In this document: piece by piece, positions 43,789 through 45,414 of the stretch
Numbering within the stretch: position 1 is the first letter of the stretch
Layout of the letters: every line of letters begins with the position of its first letter
Source of the DNA: Candidatus Coprenecus sp.
GTDB taxonomy: Bacteria > Bacteroidota > Bacteroidia > Bacteroidales > UBA932
Length of the DNA: 45,414 nt
Direction: 5' to 3'
Assembly (NCBI GenBank): GCA_045635245.1
Contig: JAZRBT010000225.1
Coordinates: 1 to 45,414 of the forward strand
The notes under the pieces: generated by a model
Database searches by the model: none
Told to the model about the DNA's origin: nothing
Seen by the model: the letters and a program-made list of their open reading frames with translations, nothing else
Program-made: the position numbers and the translations under genes

Positions 43789-45414
43789 ATGAATCAAAAG
43801 TCTTTAAACAAAATTATTGAGGAGAGTATCAAGAAAAATTGGAACTGTCCTGCATTGTCTGATTACAAAGGTGTAACTCTATACTATCGTGATGTGGCAA
43901 GAAGAATCGAGAAGATTCACATTATGCTCGATATGTGTGGTGTTAACAAAGGTGATAAAATTGCCATTTGTTCAAGAAATCAAGCCAATTGGGCAGTAAC
44001 TTTTTTGGCTGCATTGACTTATGGTGCAGTACCCGTTCCATTGCTTCACGAGTTCAAGAGTGGCAATATCCACCATTTGGTAAATCACTCTGAATCGAGA
44101 GTCCTTTTTGTGGGTGACTCTATTTGGGAGAGTCTGACACAGTCGGAGATGCCCGATCTTGAGGCAATTATTCTAATCAATGATTTTTCATTGCTATATG
44201 CTAAAAGTGAAAGTATAGAGAGTGCCCGTGAACATTTGAACGAATTGTTCGGTAAGAAATATCCTCGCAGTTTCCACCCTGAGTGTGTCTCTTATTATGA
44301 GGATTCTCCAGATGAGTTGGCGATGATCAATTATACCTCGGGAACTTCAGGATTCTCAAAAGGGGTAATGTTGCCTTATCGTTCACTACTTTCCAATGTT
44401 CTGTTCGGGAAAGAGGTACAACCTCATTTGGATAATGCATCTAACTGTGTATCAATGCTTCCTACTGCCCATATGTATGGAATGATGTTTGAGTTTCTTT
44501 TGGAATTCTGCGTGGGTACACACGTTCATTTCCTAAACAAACTCCCTACCCCTAAAATTATTCTTGATGCAATGTCTACCGTTAAACCCGATATCGTGAT
44601 TTCAGTGCCATTGGTAATCGAGAAAATATATAAGAAGAAACTTGAGCCTATTATCAACAGAAGAGATATCAAACTGTTGCTTCATCTTCCTATTATCGAC
44701 GAGATGATTCAGAAGAAAATCCTGGCTCAGATGGAGACAGCTTTCGGTGGTCAGTTCAAAGAAGTTATCATCGGTGGTGCAGCATTCAACAAAGAAGCTG
44801 AGGCATTCTTCAAGAAGATTGGTTTCAAATTTACAGTGGGTTATGGTATGACCGAGTGCGGTCCTATCATCACATACGCTCCCTGGGATAAAAACAAGTT
44901 GTATTCTTGCGGTAAGGCTGCTCCCCGTATGCAGGTTAAGATCGATTCTGTCGATCCTGAAAATATCCCCGGTGAAATTTTGGTTAAAGGGGAAAATGTA
45001 TTCCTAGGATATTATAAGAATGAGGCTGCGACAGCTGAATCGTTTACCCCTGACGGATGGTTCAAGACCGGTGATATGGGGGTTATCGACTCTGATGGAT
45101 TTGTGTTTATCAAAGGTCGTTGCAAGAGTATGATTCTCGGCCCTTCAGGTCAGAATATCTATCCTGAGGAGATCGAGGGAGAAATCAACAATATGCCTTA
45201 TGTTGTGGAGTCTTTGATTATCGAGGACAAAGGTCGTCTTGTGGCATTGGTTTATCCTGATTATGAGGTGGCTACTGCTGACGGACTAAGCAACGAACAA
45301 TTGTTGGAAAAACTCAAACAGTCTGTAAAAGAGATGAATGAGCACGTTCCCAACTATTGTAAGGTGGCTAATGTGGAACTCTTCCCTGAGGAATTTGAAA
45401 AGACTCCCAAGAAG
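43789..45414 (+). CDS. Long-chain fatty-acid--CoA ligase / AMP-binding enzyme; 3' end outside window
   Basis: Not in the ORF track because no stop is reached. My own translation from ATG 43789 gives MNQKSLNKIIEESIKKNWNCPALSDYKG..., the AMP-binding motif INYTSGTSGFSKGVML, and later GYGMTECGP and TGDMG blocks. The frame is open for 542 codons to the window end. Confidence 0.85.
   Translation, partial: MNQKSLNKIIEESIKKNWNCPALSDYKGVTLYYRDVARRIEKIHIMLDMCGVNKGDKIAICSRNQANWAVTFLAALTYGAVPVPLLHEFKSGNIHHLVNHSESRVLFVGDSIWESLTQSEMPDLEAIILINDFSLLYAKSESIESAREHLNELFGKKYPRSFHPECVSYYEDSPDELAMINYTSGTSGFSKGVMLPYRSLLSNVLFGKEVQPHLDNASNCVSMLPTAHMYGMMFEFLLEFCVGTHVHFLNKLPTPKIILDAMSTVKPDIVISVPLVIEKIYKKKLEPIINRRDIKLLLHLPIIDEMIQKKILAQMETAFGGQFKEVIIGGAAFNKEAEAFFKKIGFKFTVGYGMTECGPIITYAPWDKNKLYSCGKAAPRMQVKIDSVDPENIPGEILVKGENVFLGYYKNEAATAESFTPDGWFKTGDMGVIDSDGFVFIKGRCKSMILGPSGQNIYPEEIEGEINNMPYVVESLIIEDKGRLVALVYPDYEVATADGLSNEQLLEKLKQSVKEMNEHVPNYCKVANVELFPEEFEKTPKK

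Noticed and set aside
1-45414. Scan for CRISPR arrays, IS elements or terminal inverted repeats, integrase or relaxase genes, phage modules, toxin-antitoxin pairs and defence islands
   Set aside because: I saw no spaced direct repeats, no transposase- or recombinase-like ORFs, and no obvious compositional island. Gene content and spacing are those of a conserved housekeeping region. The tRNA-Glu shows no adjacent integrase or direct-repeat scar.

Overview
This 45.4-kb segment reads as core chromosome of a Bacteroidota (Bacteroidales-like) organism. The evidence is moderately low GC, no Shine-Dalgarno sequences, Bacteroides-type TAnnTTTG -7 boxes just upstream of many start codons, and Bacteroidota-typical gene families (glycine-lipid acyltransferase pair, and DUF4837- and DUF4834-like proteins). 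I can support 47 protein-coding genes (the first and last cut by the window edges), one truncated gene remnant, one tRNA-Glu(UUC), five intrinsic terminators and a set of promoter boxes. All product names come from motif recognition by eye; no homology search was possible. Content is mostly housekeeping and tightly packed: cysS, miaB, rpoN, upp, radC, tRNA-Glu plus rpsT, M23 peptidase-dxr-rseP, ruvX-def-phosphohexomutase, rpsP-rimM, menA, serC-serA, yigZ-pyrB-pyrI, miaA, recQ, nhaA and an FKBP isomerase. I found no CRISPR array, transposase, integrase, phage or conjugation genes, and no recognisable defence or toxin genes. I did not find a convincing new multi-gene system. The most unusual item is in the only long non-coding gap (5983-6530). 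There a full-consensus promoter sits in front of a 12-codon mini-ORF, MTKD(Y)8, built from an (ATT)9 microsatellite, with a hairpin over its stop codon. Secondary candidates are operons that tie uncharacterised genes to known pathways: DUF1015 plus a nucleotidyltransferase with serC-serA, DUF362 Fe-S with menA, a membrane zinc-ribbon protein with rseP, and a 746-aa protein plus DUF4834 with an acyl-CoA ligase. Several ORF-track start codons (rpoN, zinc-ribbon gene, serC, antiporter) were moved because promoter or terminator positions contradict them.
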